A stretch of 64,000 nt of DNA, taken from sequence record SRR2962707_4378. One strand, given 5' to 3'. How positions within the stretch are numbered: position 1 is the first letter of the stretch; every line of letters begins with the position of its first letter. Below, piece by piece: positions 19,780-30,784 of this stretch. The notes under the pieces are model-generated. The model saw only the letters and a program-made list of their open reading frames with translations. It was not told where the DNA came from and searched no databases. A program made the translations under genes and the position numbers.

Positions 19780-20235
19780 ATGGGTCTGGCTATCGCATTA
19801 CATGTTCTCTCTGCCGTGATTTGGGTTGGCGGTATGTTTTTCGCCTATATGGCCATGCGGCCAGCAGTGGTGGAGGTCATTGATGCATCGCAGCGCGGTG
19901 CTCTTTGGTGTCATACGCTGTCCCGGTTTTTCCGCTGGGTATGGGTGGCGATCATACTGTTGCTGGTGACCGGTTACTGGATGGTCTTCAGTGTGTTCGG
20001 CGGCATGGCGGGTGCCGGCTGGCATGTCCATGTGATGCAGGGGCTGGGGATTGTGATGATGCTGCTCTATTGTCACGTCTATTTTGCACCTTTCCGGCGG
20101 TTGAAGCAGGCCGTTGCCAATCAGGATCCACAGGAAGGCGGGCGCCAGGTGAGACAGATCCGCAAGCTGGTGGGCACCAACCTGATTCTTGGGCTGATTG
20201 TCGTGGTGATTGGTGCTGGCGGGCGGTATCTGTAG
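19780..20235 (+). CDS. CopD-like/DUF4149 membrane protein
   Basis: HVLSAVIWVGGMFF, RFF.WV, HVYFAPF, IRKLV..NL. Confidence 0.8.
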   Translation: MGLAIALHVLSAVIWVGGMFFAYMAMRPAVVEVIDASQRGALWCHTLSRFFRWVWVAIILLLVTGYWMVFSVFGGMAGAGWHVHVMQGLGIVMMLLYCHVYFAPFRRLKQAVANQDPQEGGRQVRQIRKLVGTNLILGLIVVVIGAGGRYL

Positions 20236-20354
20236 GCCTATCTGGTAGCTGATAACGCCTCATGCTGACGTCCTGTCGTCTTATTTCTTTGCGAATCGCA
20301 CGGGGATTTGCAAGAACTCATGGCTTTCCGGGATGATTTGTTGATGCACGATAA

Positions 20355-21326
<972 letters not shown>

Positions 21327-21418
21327 AGGTAGCTTGCACAAGGCAGTATCGATATTCGGCAAGATGCGAAAATCTGTCCTACCATTGAACAGTCAATCCC
21401 GCGTTCAAGGAATGAGTC

Positions 21419-21853
21419 ATGAGCATGATCAGCAGCACACAACGTTTATTGCTTGGTTCGGTTCTTGCCGCCTCAATGGTCGCCGGGGTCCATGGAGCGA
21501 CACCCGCCCCTGAAGGCGCGTCGGTGTATTTTATTACGCCAACTGATGGGCAGACCGTGAGTTCGCCAGTCACAGTGAGATTCGGTCTGGATGGGCTGGG
21601 TGTGGCGCCAGCGGGCGTGGAACGTAAGGGCACTGGCCACCATCACCTGCTTGTGGACGTAGACGATATGCCGGCGATGGACCAACCGGTTCCGTCCGAT
21701 GATCGTCATATTCATTTTGGTGGCGGACAAACCCAGACGGCCCTGGAGCTGTCACCGGGCGAACACACCTTGCAGTTACTGGTGGGGGATCACCTGCACG
21801 TACCTCATCAGCCGCCTGTGATGTCCGAGAAGATCACCATCACGGTGGAGTAG
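21419..21853 (+). CDS. DUF4399 domain secreted protein
   Basis: Signal peptide; TGHHHLLVD, HFGGGQT, PGEHTLQL..GD..H.PH. Confidence 0.88.
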   Translation: MSMISSTQRLLLGSVLAASMVAGVHGATPAPEGASVYFITPTDGQTVSSPVTVRFGLDGLGVAPAGVERKGTGHHHLLVDVDDMPAMDQPVPSDDRHIHFGGGQTQTALELSPGEHTLQLLVGDHLHVPHQPPVMSEKITITVE

Positions 21854-21867
21854 TAGCCATAAATTGC

Positions 21868-22359
21868 TCAGAGGCAGGCCAGAACGCTGTCGCCAAGTGC
21901 CACCTCGCCCCCTTCAATCACTCGCGTCGTTATACCGCCATGCCCACGCATGGCGTTATAACCGCCCGGCCCAAGGGCGGTCTCCATCTTGCTGCAGGGG
22001 TGACACAGGCCGGTGTATTCCAGCACCACACCCCCGATTCGGAACGCTTTGCCTTTCAGGGCCAGGAGGTTCAGGCCAGAGACCACAATGTTGCGCCGGA
22101 AAATGTCTGGGTCAAGAGCATCCCGCCCGAGGCAGGAGGCAATGGCATGCAGGTGCTCTTTCTGGATCAGGGTGACCTGCCGTTTGCTGGTCTCGCGGCC
22201 CTCGAATCGATCGCCTTCCAGGCCTTTGCCCGGCGTGATCATCACGTTGTCGAGTATTGTCATGGGCTCACCACGGGCAGGGCGGATGCCAATCCATTCA
22301 ACCCGGCCGCTCTGAGGAAGGGTGTCGAATAAGGTTTGAAGCGGGGTTGGTTGCGCCAT
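21868..22359 (-). CDS. MOSC domain protein
   Basis: GLEGDR, RQVTLI, RRNIVVSG, C.PC..M, RGHGG. Confidence 0.9.
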   Translation of the reverse strand: MAQPTPLQTLFDTLPQSGRVEWIGIRPARGEPMTILDNVMITPGKGLEGDRFEGRETSKRQVTLIQKEHLHAIASCLGRDALDPDIFRRNIVVSGLNLLALKGKAFRIGGVVLEYTGLCHPCSKMETALGPGGYNAMRGHGGITTRVIEGGEVALGDSVLACL

Positions 22360-22451
22360 GGGTGCCTCATGTGAGTTCTGGTCAGTTTGGCCCTGCAGGT
22401 ACTGATTGTAGTTCAGGAACAGTCAGTCCTCCCTGCCTGGGAGGCTCTTGC

Positions 22452-23417
22452 CTAAATTAACCCGGCTCGGATCATGTCGAACGTGTCCAGAATGCGGGCC
22501 ACATACTGGTCTTTTGGCCGAAAGCTGCTTTGGGTGCTGAGCGATACGTCCCGCTCCAGGTGATCCAGCAGCTTGTGCAGGCGACGACGATGAAGGCCGA
22601 GTGCCGCCTGCACGGGGTCGGAAATAACGCCAGACAGCGCTGCGAACGCTGCCAGGGCGGCCATGACCGCGAGCATGACGCCGGCGGTCGTTGCCAGCGA
22701 CGGCTCCGGTGGAAAGACGCTGTAATACCACGTGCCAATGGTTTCGCCGAGGATAAAGTCCCGTGCGGCCAGGGTCTTTGCAAGCATGGACGCCAGCACC
22801 ACTCCGAGCCCTATGCCCCCAGGTGTAAACTTCTGGAATGCAAACGCGCCCAGCACGGTGCATGAAATGCTGTTGGTGATATCGGCAGAGGCCGTCCGCG
22901 TTACGCGGTACTGACGAAGAGCGTCGGCAATCACGGGCTCTATCAGTTTGATAAAGTGCTGGTGGTCGACTGGCTCAGAGCTGTGGCGCTCGTAAACCTC
23001 CTCCAGCGCTTCCACCAGATAGTCTTCCAGCAGGTGGCCCGTTGGTTGGCCATTGTTCAGCAGGTTGGCCTGAATAAGGCTCGAGATGTGCTGTTGTACG
23101 CGAGTGGTAAAACCAGCAGGCACACGATCAGCCATTCCGTGCAGCCATCTCAGACCGGCTCGTTTGCGCGTTGGAATTTTTACCAGGCAGGCAAGGGCGT
23201 AAACCGGCGCCCAAAGCAGATTGATCGGCGCCCGCAACATGTCCCAGCCCAGTGCCATCCGGTTGGTTGCCACAGCGCCGGGATAGTGGAAATGTCGGTC
23301 GATAAACGCCGGCACCCGCGCCCGGCAGTCGGCGAAATACCGTTCAATGCCCGAGCCTATGGCCAGCTCTATCTCTGCTTCGGAGATGGTCTGCTCGGGT
23401 GGTATGGCAATGGGCAT
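22452..23417 (-). CDS. Conserved hypothetical protein (DUF6635-like)
   Basis: Long ORF; GWD.LRAP.N, DPVQ..LGLHRRRL. Confidence 0.7.
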   Translation of the reverse strand: MPIAIPPEQTISEAEIELAIGSGIERYFADCRARVPAFIDRHFHYPGAVATNRMALGWDMLRAPINLLWAPVYALACLVKIPTRKRAGLRWLHGMADRVPAGFTTRVQQHISSLIQANLLNNGQPTGHLLEDYLVEALEEVYERHSSEPVDHQHFIKLIEPVIADALRQYRVTRTASADITNSISCTVLGAFAFQKFTPGGIGLGVVLASMLAKTLAARDFILGETIGTWYYSVFPPEPSLATTAGVMLAVMAALAAFAALSGVISDPVQAALGLHRRRLHKLLDHLERDVSLSTQSSFRPKDQYVARILDTFDMIRAGLI

Positions 23418-23603
23418 AAGTGACAGGTGCAGTTACCGGTAAGTGGGACGGAGTCGTTTACAGGCGCTCACTTTATCAGGAATCTTAACGGTTTCCTGTT
23501 AACGCCCTGATCATCCGGTAGAGAAACCCCAGAACTTCCCTAAATCAGAGAAACTTAGTACCTTGCGGACATTCCGAACAAAAACACCAACAGGATCATC
23601 GTT

Positions 23604-24740
23604 ATGAAAATCCGTGCCGCTGTATTGGAAACGATAGGTGCGCCACAGCCTTTCGACGAAAACCGACCGCTGACGATTGAAGAGCTGGAACTGGATCCAC
23701 CGGGCGATCATGAGGTGTTGGTTCAGATCCGGGCAGCGGGTTTGTGCCATTCAGACCTGTCCGTGATTGACGGCAACCGGCCAAGGCCCGTGCCTATGGC
23801 CCTGGGCCATGAGGCGGCAGGCGTGGTCAAAGCCGTCGGGGCAGGGGTGACAGATCTCAGCCCGGGTGATCACGTGGTCACTGTCTTTGTTCCCAGCTGC
23901 GGGCACTGCAGCCCCTGTGCCGAAGGTCGCCCGGCCCTGTGCGAACCGGCAGCCGTTGCGAACAATGCCGGTACGCTTGTTGGTGGCGAACACCGGCTGC
24001 ATCGGGCGGATGGTACGCCGGTGAATCACCACCTGGGCGTCTCTGCGTTCGCCGATCACGCAGTGGTGTCCCGACATTCACTGGTACGGATTGATCCAGA
24101 CCTGCCGTTTCATCATGCCGCCCTCTTTGGCTGTGCCGTGCTGACGGGCGTGGGCGCCGCCATCAACTCGGCCGATATCAAAGCCGGCCAGACGGTCGCC
24201 GTTATCGGGCTTGGCGGCGTGGGCCTGAACAGTGTGTTGGGTGCGCTGGTGGCCGGGGCAGGACAGGTCATTGCCATTGATCTGGATGAAGACAAGCTTG
24301 CGATGGCCAAGAGCTTGGGCGCCAGCGCTGGCATCAACGCGGCGGACGAAGATTGCGTGAGCCAGGTGAAAGCCTTGACCAACGGAGGCGTTGATTGTGC
24401 GATCGAAATGGCGGGTTCTGAAAAGGCGCTGGAGTTGGCTTATCAACTGACTCGTCGTGGCGGTACAACCGTAACAGGTGGGTTGGCACATCCTGACAGG
24501 AAGGTGTCGATTCAACAGGTGAGCCTGGTGGCAGAGGAACGAACCCTCAAGGGTAGCTATGTGGGAAGCTGTGTGCCGGTGCGAGATGTAGCCCGCTACG
24601 TCAGCCTGTTTCGCCAGGGACGGTTGCCGGTCGACAAGCTACTGAGCGACACCCTGACCCTTGATGAGATCAACGAAGGCTTTGAGCGATTGGCAAACGG
24701 CAAGGCCATTCGCCAGGTCATTCTTTTTGACGACCACTGA
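23604..24740 (+). CDS. Zinc-dependent alcohol dehydrogenase (class III-like MDR)
   Basis: GLCHSD, GHE, CGHC..C......C, GLGGVG. Confidence 0.93.
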   Translation: MKIRAAVLETIGAPQPFDENRPLTIEELELDPPGDHEVLVQIRAAGLCHSDLSVIDGNRPRPVPMALGHEAAGVVKAVGAGVTDLSPGDHVVTVFVPSCGHCSPCAEGRPALCEPAAVANNAGTLVGGEHRLHRADGTPVNHHLGVSAFADHAVVSRHSLVRIDPDLPFHHAALFGCAVLTGVGAAINSADIKAGQTVAVIGLGGVGLNSVLGALVAGAGQVIAIDLDEDKLAMAKSLGASAGINAADEDCVSQVKALTNGGVDCAIEMAGSEKALELAYQLTRRGGTTVTGGLAHPDRKVSIQQVSLVAEERTLKGSYVGSCVPVRDVARYVSLFRQGRLPVDKLLSDTLTLDEINEGFERLANGKAIRQVILFDDH

Positions 24741-24755
24741 CGCCAGGCTGCCTCC

Positions 24756-25172
24756 ATGGAACGATCTGACTTTCCCGTGTTTTACCCCATCATCACCCGA
24801 TGGATGGATAACGACATCTACGGTCACGTCAACAACGTGACCTACTATTCTTACTTCGATTCGGTCATCAACCGCTATCTCATTGAAGAAGGCGGTCTTG
24901 ATATACACAACGCACCGGTAGTGGGTTTCATGGTGAGTTCCAGCTGCCAGTTCAAGAAGCCGGTTGCCTACCCTGATGCCCTTGAAGCCGGCGTTCGGGT
25001 TGCCAGAATTGGCACCCGTTCTGTGACCTACGAGGTGGGGATTTTCATGGAGAACGACACCCAGGCAGCCGCACATGGCGAGCTTGTCCATGTGTTCGTG
25101 GATCGTGCCACCCAGTCCTCGACACCGATTCCCCCAGGGATTCGGGAGGCCCTGGAGCGAATTACGGTGTAA
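24756..25172 (+). CDS. 4HBT-type acyl-CoA thioesterase
   Basis: RWMDNDIYGHVNNVTYY; HVFVD. Confidence 0.92.
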   Translation: MERSDFPVFYPIITRWMDNDIYGHVNNVTYYSYFDSVINRYLIEEGGLDIHNAPVVGFMVSSSCQFKKPVAYPDALEAGVRVARIGTRSVTYEVGIFMENDTQAAAHGELVHVFVDRATQSSTPIPPGIREALERITV

Positions 25173-25199
25173 ACGTCGCTCTCGGGAAGGGCGACCGCT

Positions 25200-25697
25200 T
25201 CAGGCGTCCGGTGTCCAGAGGCCCTGCAGTTGGCCCAGCAACGAAGAGCCAATCCCCTGGTTCCCCAGGAAGCTCATGATAACCGGGACAAACTGCTGGA
25301 TCATGCCGCTGTCCATACCCAGAGCTGTAAAGGCCGACCGCACGCCGTCCATCGACGATATATTGGAGAGCAGGCTTTCGCTCAGGCTGCTACCACCGCC
25401 CAACAGGCTGGACAGGCCCGAGGCTTTGCTGGTGAGGGTGCTCATGGAGTCGTTGGCCAGCTGGTTTTTTGCGAGCTGTAACAGGGCGCCAGTACCACCT
25501 GTTGCCTGGGCCTGCGTGACGCCGAGCTGGCTTTGGAGTTGGCCGACCAGTTGCTGGGCTTCACCGCTGACCTCTGATGCCGAGGTCATTGCTTCGGTGC
25601 TGCTGGAAAGCGCGTCGTTAAGGTCGAAGGCGTTAACGGTTGGGGCGAGTAGGTAGATGCTTGAAACCAGGAGGAATTGCTTGATGGTCGCGTTCAT
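25200..25697 (-). CDS. DUF2780 domain secreted protein
   Basis: LGVTQAQA.GG.GALL, AF..LGMD..M..QF.P. Confidence 0.82.
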   Translation of the reverse strand: MNATIKQFLLVSSIYLLAPTVNAFDLNDALSSSTEAMTSASEVSGEAQQLVGQLQSQLGVTQAQATGGTGALLQLAKNQLANDSMSTLTSKASGLSSLLGGGSSLSESLLSNISSMDGVRSAFTALGMDSGMIQQFVPVIMSFLGNQGIGSSLLGQLQGLWTPDA

Positions 25698-25822
25698 GGA
25701 GTGATCCTGAGGGATGTGTGGTCGAAGTCTGTCTCCTTTAGATGGTGGCGAACGGTGTTTAATAAAAGTGTGGGAAACCGAGACATATCTGCATGTCGGT
25801 TTGGTGTTGCCTTCTCGCTTCT

Positions 25823-25848
25823 AAAAAAGGAGGGCAGTGAGCCCTCCT
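25823..25848 (-). terminator. Rho-independent terminator of the GST gene
   Basis: AGGAGGGC / GCCCTCCT stem with A6 on + strand (U-tract on -). Confidence 0.75.
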
Positions 25849-25856
25849 CCGTGCGT

Positions 25857-26525
25857 TCAGGCAAAGTCGTATTCACCGCCCTTCTCGAGCGCCTTTTGGT
25901 AAGCCGGCCTGGCGTGAGCTCTCTCAACCCACGCATTGATATGGGGCCGGTCTTTGCCAACGATACCCCGTGCTACTGAGGCTTCCAGTGGAAAGCTCAT
26001 CTGAATGTCCGCCGCGCTGAGGTTATCCCCCAGAAACCAGGTGTTTTTTGCCAGGTGAGCTTCGACGAAATCCAGGTGTGTTTTGATCATCGGGCCGATG
26101 AAGGTAGCAGTGGTTTTATCGGCAATGCCTTTGGCCACCGGCTTGATAAAAAACGGCATCGGGCTGTTTTTTACCTTCTGGAACACCAGGCGCATTACCA
26201 ACGGTGGCATCAGGGAGCCTTCGGCGTAATGCAGCCAGTAGGTATAATCCAGCCACGCCTGGCCGCCGGTTTCCGGCAACATGGTGTCTTTGCCGTAGGT
26301 GTGGGCCAGATACTCGATAATAGCGCCTGACTCCGCTACCACCAGATCGCCATCGGTAATCACCGGTGATTTACCCAGCGGGTGCACTTTTTTTAGGCTG
26401 GCCGGTGCCAGCATGGTTTTAGGGTCACGCTCGTAACGCTGGATTTCGTAGGGCACTCCCAATTCTTCCAGCATCCAGAGAACGCGTTGTGAACGGGAAT
26501 TGTTGAGGTGGTGAACGGTAATCAT
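25857..26525 (-). CDS. Glutathione S-transferase (GTT1-like)
   Basis: HHLNNSRSQR, HPLGKSP, ESGAI, SAADIQMSF. Confidence 0.93.
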   Translation of the reverse strand: MITVHHLNNSRSQRVLWMLEELGVPYEIQRYERDPKTMLAPASLKKVHPLGKSPVITDGDLVVAESGAIIEYLAHTYGKDTMLPETGGQAWLDYTYWLHYAEGSLMPPLVMRLVFQKVKNSPMPFFIKPVAKGIADKTTATFIGPMIKTHLDFVEAHLAKNTWFLGDNLSAADIQMSFPLEASVARGIVGKDRPHINAWVERAHARPAYQKALEKGGEYDFA

Positions 26526-26659
26526 GCAGTGACTCCACTGGTGTCAAAAGAATGAGCAGGTTAGCAGTGTAGTCTGCAAATAGCTTTTTGGTTCACTCCC
26601 ATCGTGCTATGAATCACTATTTGGGAAAGTTGATTTAACTCATCTGAAGGAGGCCGGCA

Positions 26660-27115
26660 ATGGCAGAAGCAACACTGAAGGAACAACTCAACACCGCGGT
26701 GAAAGACGCGATGCGGAACAAGGATAAGACCCGGCTTGTCACCCTGCGTATGGCGCAGGCGGCAGTCAAACAGATTGAGATTGATGAGCGCCGTGATTTG
26801 AGCGACGAGGATGTCCTCAAGGTGTTGGACAAGATGCTCAAACAGCGCCGTGACGCCGCCAGTCAGTACGATGAGGCGGGGCGCGAGGAGTTGGGTGACA
26901 AGGAAAGAGCGGAAATGGTAATCATCGAGGAATTCATGCCTGCGGCTCTGAGTGAGGATGATCTGGACGGCCTGATTCGAATGACCATCAGCGCTGCCGA
27001 TGCACAGGGAATGCAGGATATGGGCAAAGTGATGAACGAGCTAAAGCCCCAGGTGCTTGGCCGGGTTGATATGGGCCACCTGAGCAAGAAGGTGCGGGCA
27101 GCACTGGCGGGCTGA
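26660..27115 (+). CDS. GatB/YqeY domain protein
   Basis: AAVKQIEID, KQRRDA..QY, MQDMGKVM, GRVDM. Confidence 0.92.
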   Translation: MAEATLKEQLNTAVKDAMRNKDKTRLVTLRMAQAAVKQIEIDERRDLSDEDVLKVLDKMLKQRRDAASQYDEAGREELGDKERAEMVIIEEFMPAALSEDDLDGLIRMTISAADAQGMQDMGKVMNELKPQVLGRVDMGHLSKKVRAALAG

Positions 27116-27161
27116 TGGTAACCCAGGTGCGTGACGCACTGGTAAACGAGAAAGGACCACT

Positions 27162-27857
27162 ATGGCCGACAAAGAACTGCGCCCCAAATCCGATAGACAG
27201 GCCATCGACCAGTTTATCAACGAGGTTCGCACACTGCCTAAACAGGGTGGCGGGCAGGGCAGGCTGATATTCGCGCTGGATGCCACCGCCAGCCGGGAGG
27301 CAACCTGGGATGAGGCCTGCCACTTGCAGAGTGAACTGTTCATGGCGACCCGGGATTTGGGTGGTTTGGCTATCCAACTTTGTTACTACCGCGGCTTTGG
27401 CGAGTTCAAGGCCACAGGGTTTGTGACGGAGACCGGTCAGTTGTTGAACCTGATGAACGGCGTTTCCTGCCTGGGTGGGCGCACCCAGATCAGCCGGGTG
27501 TTGGCTCATGCCGTGAAAGAAACCCGGGAAAAGGCCGTAAGGGCGGTGGTGTTTATTGGCGACTGTTGCGAGGAACCGGTGGACGAACTGTGCCATACCG
27601 CGGGGGAGCTGGGGATGCTGCGAACGCCGGTGTTCATGTTCCACGAGGGCGCCGACGCTCATGCCAGAGCAGTGTTCCAGCAGGTGAGCAAGTTGTCTGG
27701 TGGCGCCTATGCCCCCTTCGATCGCAACAGTCCGCAGGTTCTCAAGGATCTTATGGCTGCGGTGGCGGTCTATGCTTCCGGGGGAGCCAAGGCCCTGCAG
27801 GATTTTTCCAGCCGCAGCTCTCCAGAGGTCAAGCGCTTGACCCAGCAGATCAAGTAG
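27162..27857 (+). CDS. VWA domain protein
   Basis: MIDAS-like IFALDATASR; VFIGD..EE; GGAY. Confidence 0.82.
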   Translation: MADKELRPKSDRQAIDQFINEVRTLPKQGGGQGRLIFALDATASREATWDEACHLQSELFMATRDLGGLAIQLCYYRGFGEFKATGFVTETGQLLNLMNGVSCLGGRTQISRVLAHAVKETREKAVRAVVFIGDCCEEPVDELCHTAGELGMLRTPVFMFHEGADAHARAVFQQVSKLSGGAYAPFDRNSPQVLKDLMAAVAVYASGGAKALQDFSSRSSPEVKRLTQQIK

Positions 27858-27915
27858 CGCTTGTTTCAATCCACGTTCAAGCCATCGATGGACCGATGAG
27901 TTCCGGGGTATCTGA

Positions 27916-28638
27916 GTGCCACTAACGCTTCTGGTCATAGCACTGTCGGTTGTTGCGTGGGTCTGGCTGCGCAACCAGCCGGCCAGCCAACGTAAGCCGG
28001 CGATGATAAAGCTGGCCTTGATGGCTGCTATCGGGATAGTGGTTCTGATGGCCGTTACCGGCCGCTTGCACGCCTTATTCGCGTTGTTGGCGTTTCTCTA
28101 TCCACTGCTACGCCGGGTGCTGCCATCATTGTTGACGGGGCGCATGGCGGGGGCCGGAACGGGAGATGCAAACGCAAGTTCGGGCAACCAATCCCATGTC
28201 TCCGGCGACATTCTGGAAATGAGCCTGGATCATGACTCCGGCACCATGAGTGGCAAGGTCCTGAAAGGCCCCATGGCCGGGCGAGAGCTGGCGGACCTGG
28301 GCGAAAGTGAATTTCTTGAGCTGTTGCGATACTGCCGGGCGCACGACGAGGACTCCGCCCGGCTGCTGGAAAGTTATCTTGACCGCCGGTTTGGTGACTC
28401 ATGGCGTGCTGACGATGAGGCCAGCGCTGGAGGCGAAGAATCCGAAGAACAAGCCAATGCTGGCGGTCCACTTACCGAGAGCGAAGCACTGGACATCTTG
28501 GGGCTGAAGCCCGGTGCAACACAGGACGAGATCATTCAGGCCCACCGCAGGATGATGCAGAAAGTACACCCGGACCGCGGTGGGAGTAACTATTTGGCCG
28601 CCCGCATCAACGAGGCCAAGGCGTGTTTGTTGGGCTGA
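27916..28638 (+). CDS. Membrane-anchored DnaJ-domain protein
   Basis: N-terminal TM helices; C-terminal EAL.ILGL...HPDRGGS.YLAARINEAK. Confidence 0.88.
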   Translation: MPLTLLVIALSVVAWVWLRNQPASQRKPAMIKLALMAAIGIVVLMAVTGRLHALFALLAFLYPLLRRVLPSLLTGRMAGAGTGDANASSGNQSHVSGDILEMSLDHDSGTMSGKVLKGPMAGRELADLGESEFLELLRYCRAHDEDSARLLESYLDRRFGDSWRADDEASAGGEESEEQANAGGPLTESEALDILGLKPGATQDEIIQAHRRMMQKVHPDRGGSNYLAARINEAKACLLG

Positions 28639-28661
28639 CGGCTTCTGTCGGATCTAGGCGA

Positions 28662-28985
28662 TCATTGTGCCAGGGGAACGTTACCCGATGTGTTAAGTGC
28701 AAAGCTGAGCAACCAACGATTCCCACGTTCAATCTTCGAAACCCGGTGTTGGTAGAGATCTGGTCGAAACAGGTATACCCGGCCAAACAAGTTGAAAATG
28801 TTCTTTTCGCAGATGAACTCACCGCCTGCTTTGGGCTTTACCAGAACACAATTGAGTTTGTACAGCCGGCCTTCGGAAGTCATGTCCAGGTGCGGTCCCA
28901 CCTTGTGACCTTCCGGGTAGCGGACGAGGTACAGGTTCAGGCGTTTGGAGCGGAACAAAATCCGGGTTTTGACGTTTGCGGGCAT
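28662..28985 (-). CDS. Small 2OG-Fe(II) oxygenase-like protein
   Basis: HLD, GGEF, distal H and R (YQHRV...RW). Confidence 0.72.
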   Translation of the reverse strand: MPANVKTRILFRSKRLNLYLVRYPEGHKVGPHLDMTSEGRLYKLNCVLVKPKAGGEFICEKNIFNLFGRVYLFRPDLYQHRVSKIERGNRWLLSFALNTSGNVPLAQ

Positions 28986-29175
28986 TGAATGTGCGTTCTA
29001 TCTTGGGAGGGTTGAGCTGTTAGTTTGTGCGGTTTGTCGGGTAGCCGTCAACCGTCGCTCCGAATCGTAACTTTCCTGCTACCAAAGTCCTGGCAGTTTC
29101 GTGATTTCGTATCATGTACAGCAAACGGGTGGCTCTGGGAAGGTGGTGTTTAACCAACGAACGGGGGAGATCGTT

Positions 29176-29601
29176 ATGACTCAGTACCAGGGCAGTTGTT
29201 TTTGTGGCGCTGTTAAGTTTCAGGTATCTGGCGCACCCGAAGCGATGGGATATTGTCACTGTGATTCCTGTCGTCGCTGGTCGGCCGGGCCGGTGAATGC
29301 GTTTTCTCTGTGGCCATACGACAGCTTCGAGGTGTTAGCGGGTGCCGATCACATTGGCGAATTCCATCTCACGGAACAAAGCTATCGCAAGTGGTGTAAA
29401 AAGTGCGGTGGTCATGTGTTTACCGATCATCCGGCGTTAAGTCTTATGGACGTCTATGTTGCCAACCTTCCGGACCTGGCGTTTGAGCCCGCGGTCCATG
29501 TGCATTACCAGGAATCGGTACTGCCGATTCGCGACGGGCTACCAAAGATGAAGGATGTTCCGGCCGAGATGGGCGGGTCAGGCGACACTTTGCCAGAGTG
29601 A
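29176..29601 (+). CDS. GFA (CENP-V) family protein
   Basis: GSCFCG, CHCDSCR, CKKCG. Confidence 0.9.
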   Translation: MTQYQGSCFCGAVKFQVSGAPEAMGYCHCDSCRRWSAGPVNAFSLWPYDSFEVLAGADHIGEFHLTEQSYRKWCKKCGGHVFTDHPALSLMDVYVANLPDLAFEPAVHVHYQESVLPIRDGLPKMKDVPAEMGGSGDTLPE

Positions 29602-29744
29602 TTTGATGAGAGCGGGGCGGGTGGCGCATCGAATTTCCACTTATGCCTATATATCCAATTCAATAAGCATGCTAAAACGTCTCGCCCGGTGCTCGCTCGC
29701 TTTTTTCGGGCGCCGGGTACTCTTCCATTCATCGAGATTTCAGC

Positions 29745-30089
29745 ATGTCAGACAAGTTCTTCTACAAAGGCCGGCAGGACGCGCGCCAGCACCACACCGC
29801 CCATGGTGGCTTCCAGACCAAGGCCAGTCAGAAGAGTGGCAGCAAGAAGTTTCCGCTAACACTGGTGGTTACCAGTGAGGCGCGCAGGCAGGAGGTCGAA
29901 GCTCAGGTGGCGGAAGCCAATCTGCATGCCAACATTACAGTGGATGCCCGCGAGGGTGCGGTTGAATCCATCACCGAACTGACGGCACTCCTGAACAAAG
30001 GGGCGACGGTGACCACGGCGAAACTGCCTTCCCGCAATGATCCTTGCCATTGCGGGAGTGGTGCCAAGTTCAAGAAGTGCTGTGGTTGA
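29745..30089 (+). CDS. SEC-C metal-binding motif protein (PBPRA1643-like)
   Basis: C-terminal RNDPCHCGSGAKFKKCCG. Confidence 0.85.
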   Translation: MSDKFFYKGRQDARQHHTAHGGFQTKASQKSGSKKFPLTLVVTSEARRQEVEAQVAEANLHANITVDAREGAVESITELTALLNKGATVTTAKLPSRNDPCHCGSGAKFKKCCG

Positions 30090-30100
30090 CCACGCGTTTC

Positions 30101-30769
30101 TCAATCGCTCTGTTTCAGACCCATTTCCCAGAAATCGATTTCCAGCCGGGTGGCGTCGCTGAATATCCGGGTAAGCTGCGCGAACCTGTCGGGGGATACA
30201 TCCGCCAGTCGTTCATCCAGCCACTGGATTTCCGCGTGCATGGCCTGCTGGAACTCGTCGCTTTCGTACATGGCGATCCAGGCATCATACGGGTTTTTGT
30301 CTCCCCGAATGGTTTCTGCCCGGTTGTTCAGCCAATTGGCGATTTCCCCGTAGCCCACCATGCAGGGTGAGAGCGCAACATGCAGGTCGAGCAAATCGCC
30401 GCGGTTGCCCGTGTCGAGCACATAGCGTGTGTAGGCAAGGGTGGCGCGCGCTTCCGGCAGGTTGGCAAGTTCTGCTTCTGAAATGCCCCATTCCTTGCAG
30501 TAGCTGATGTGTAGGTCCAGTTCTACATCCACGATGGCCTGCAAGCCTTCCTTTGCCTGGCGGAGATCCAGCAAGGTTGGGCTTTTGTAGGCCGCCAGGG
30601 CGAAGGCGCGGGCAAACTGGATCAGGAACAGGTAATCCTGCTTGAGGTAGTGCTGAAACGCTTCGGGAGCGAGCGACGCATCGCCTAACTGCTTTACGAA
30701 ACTGTGTTCAATGTAGTCGCGCCATTCTGTCCGGCAAGCCTTCCTTAGGTCTTCGAACTGATACGTCAT
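30101..30769 (-). CDS. tenA: Thiaminase II / TenA
   Basis: F..YL.QDY.FL, PC..GY.EI, Y..WI..Y, E.DFW. Confidence 0.9.
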   Translation of the reverse strand: MTYQFEDLRKACRTEWRDYIEHSFVKQLGDASLAPEAFQHYLKQDYLFLIQFARAFALAAYKSPTLLDLRQAKEGLQAIVDVELDLHISYCKEWGISEAELANLPEARATLAYTRYVLDTGNRGDLLDLHVALSPCMVGYGEIANWLNNRAETIRGDKNPYDAWIAMYESDEFQQAMHAEIQWLDERLADVSPDRFAQLTRIFSDATRLEIDFWEMGLKQSD

Positions 30770-30784
30770 TGTGAATATCCTTCG

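Noticed and set aside
26988-27974. 328-aa minus-strand ORF
   Set aside because: Antisense to YqeY/VWA; no recognisable domain
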